This document shows positions 50,037 through 50,609 of a stretch of DNA of 50,609 nucleotides, in pieces. The position numbers and the translations under genes were made by a program. The notes beneath the pieces were generated by a model that did no database searches, was not told the DNA's origin, and saw only the letters and a list, made by a program, of their open reading frames with translations. Location: IMG/VR virus record IMGVR_UViG_3300020042_011508, positions 1 through 50,609 of that record. One strand, written 5' to 3'. Origin of the DNA: a virus. Taxonomy: Duplodnaviria > Caudoviricetes. Numbering within the stretch: position 1 is the stretch's first letter; every line of letters starts with the position of its first letter.

Positions 50037-50051
50037 ATAATAAAAAACATT

Positions 50052-50207
50052 ATGACAATAGATGAAAAATATGATATTTTTGTAAAAGAATATTGGGAAG
50101 GTGTGGATGAAATTAAAAAAACCAGTGAAAGATGTGCTGCTATTTTATATAAATGTGGAGCACCACTTACCAAAGAAGAATGGTTAAAATCAAAATTCAA
50201 TAAATAA
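50052..50207 (+). CDS. Small hypothetical protein (51 aa, MTIDEKYDIFVKEYW...)
   Basis: Read manually; ATG 50052 to TAA 50207 with an A-rich leader; absent from the supplied ORF track. Confidence 0.5.
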   Translation: MTIDEKYDIFVKEYWEGVDEIKKTSERCAAILYKCGAPLTKEEWLKSKFNK

Positions 50208-50233
50208 TATTTTAATAAAATATTAAATTAAGC

Positions 50234-50263
50234 TTGGAAAATCAATCCTTTTTTTGTATATTT
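50234..50263 (+). promoter_or_regulatory. Bacteroidota-type promoter TTGG-N19-TATATTT
   Basis: Conserved spacing; just upstream of ATG 50269. Confidence 0.6.
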
Positions 50264-50268
50264 ACAAT

Positions 50269-50609
50269 ATGAAAATTAGTCATGAAGTACCTATCTGTCT
50301 ATTAGAAGATAGTTTGTGGTTTAACGATTATCAATATTGTTTACCACATTTATTAGATCAAAGCGAAGAATATAAAGATTTTTTTATTAAAGCCAAACAA
50401 AATGGTGTGTATATAATAATGGATAATTCACTCCATGAATTAGGTTACGCTTATGATAGTGAACGCTTATTATACTGGATTAACGAGCTAAAACCCAATG
50501 AATTTATCGTTCCTGATGTATGGCAAGATAGACAAGGTTCAATTAAAAACGCTAGAGAATGGTCTAAAATTGAATTACCTGGAGAAGTTACTAAAGTAGC
50601 TGTAGTTCA
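50269..50609 (+). CDS. Partial CDS running off the window (MKISHEVPICLL...IIMDNSLHELG...FIVPDV); possibly a TGT/DpdA-like TIM-barrel
   Basis: Open frame to the window end; MDNS and PDV motifs recall tRNA-guanine transglycosylase-like folds. Confidence 0.5.
   Translation, partial: MKISHEVPICLLEDSLWFNDYQYCLPHLLDQSEEYKDFFIKAKQNGVYIIMDNSLHELGYAYDSERLLYWINELKPNEFIVPDVWQDRQGSIKNAREWSKIELPGEVTKVAVV

Noticed and set aside
1366-50200. Minus-strand ORFs in the track (e.g. 4993-5535, 2716-3048, 22852-23322, 37079-37390)
   Set aside because: They overlap well-supported + strand genes, show antisense-type composition and lack the promoter motifs
1-50609. tRNA genes, introns, inteins or homing endonucleases
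   Set aside because: No cloverleaf-like intergenic sequence seen; helicase, RNR and RecA are of ordinary length with no visible insertions

Overview
AT-rich segment of a large T4-like contractile-tailed phage genome, with all credible genes on the + strand. Gene order: head module (internal head protein, gp21-like prohead protease, scaffold, gp23-like major capsid), amidinotransferase + phosphatidylserine-decarboxylase-like pair, PhoH, neck/tail-completion genes, a giant Gly-Ser-Ser/Thr repeat fibre followed by a methyltransferase/glycosyltransferase cassette, tail fibres, sheath, tube, tail chaperones, tape measure, baseplate, then replication genes (short PolA, gp32-like SSB, UvsX/RecA, 5'-3' exonuclease, DnaB-like helicase, class II RNR). 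Six TTGG-N19-TAnnTT promoters and A-rich leaders point to a Bacteroidota host (inference). The most interesting signals are: (1) a dispersed family of small genes, most with their own ATAT[T/G]TAT late-type promoter, carrying N-terminal leaders that resemble T4 capsid-targeting sequences or copy the scaffold C-terminus, i.e. a candidate capsid-cargo delivery system that includes an ADP-ribosyltransferase-like cargo; (2) a candidate virion O-glycosylation system with an Aah/TibC-type heptosyltransferase near a ~970-aa Ser-rich repeat; (3) a cassette inserted at the protease 3' end with a 74-bp duplication; (4) a probable programmed +1/-2 frameshift in the tail chaperone; (5) an atypical PolA. 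All annotations come from motif recognition and synteny by eye; no database search was run.
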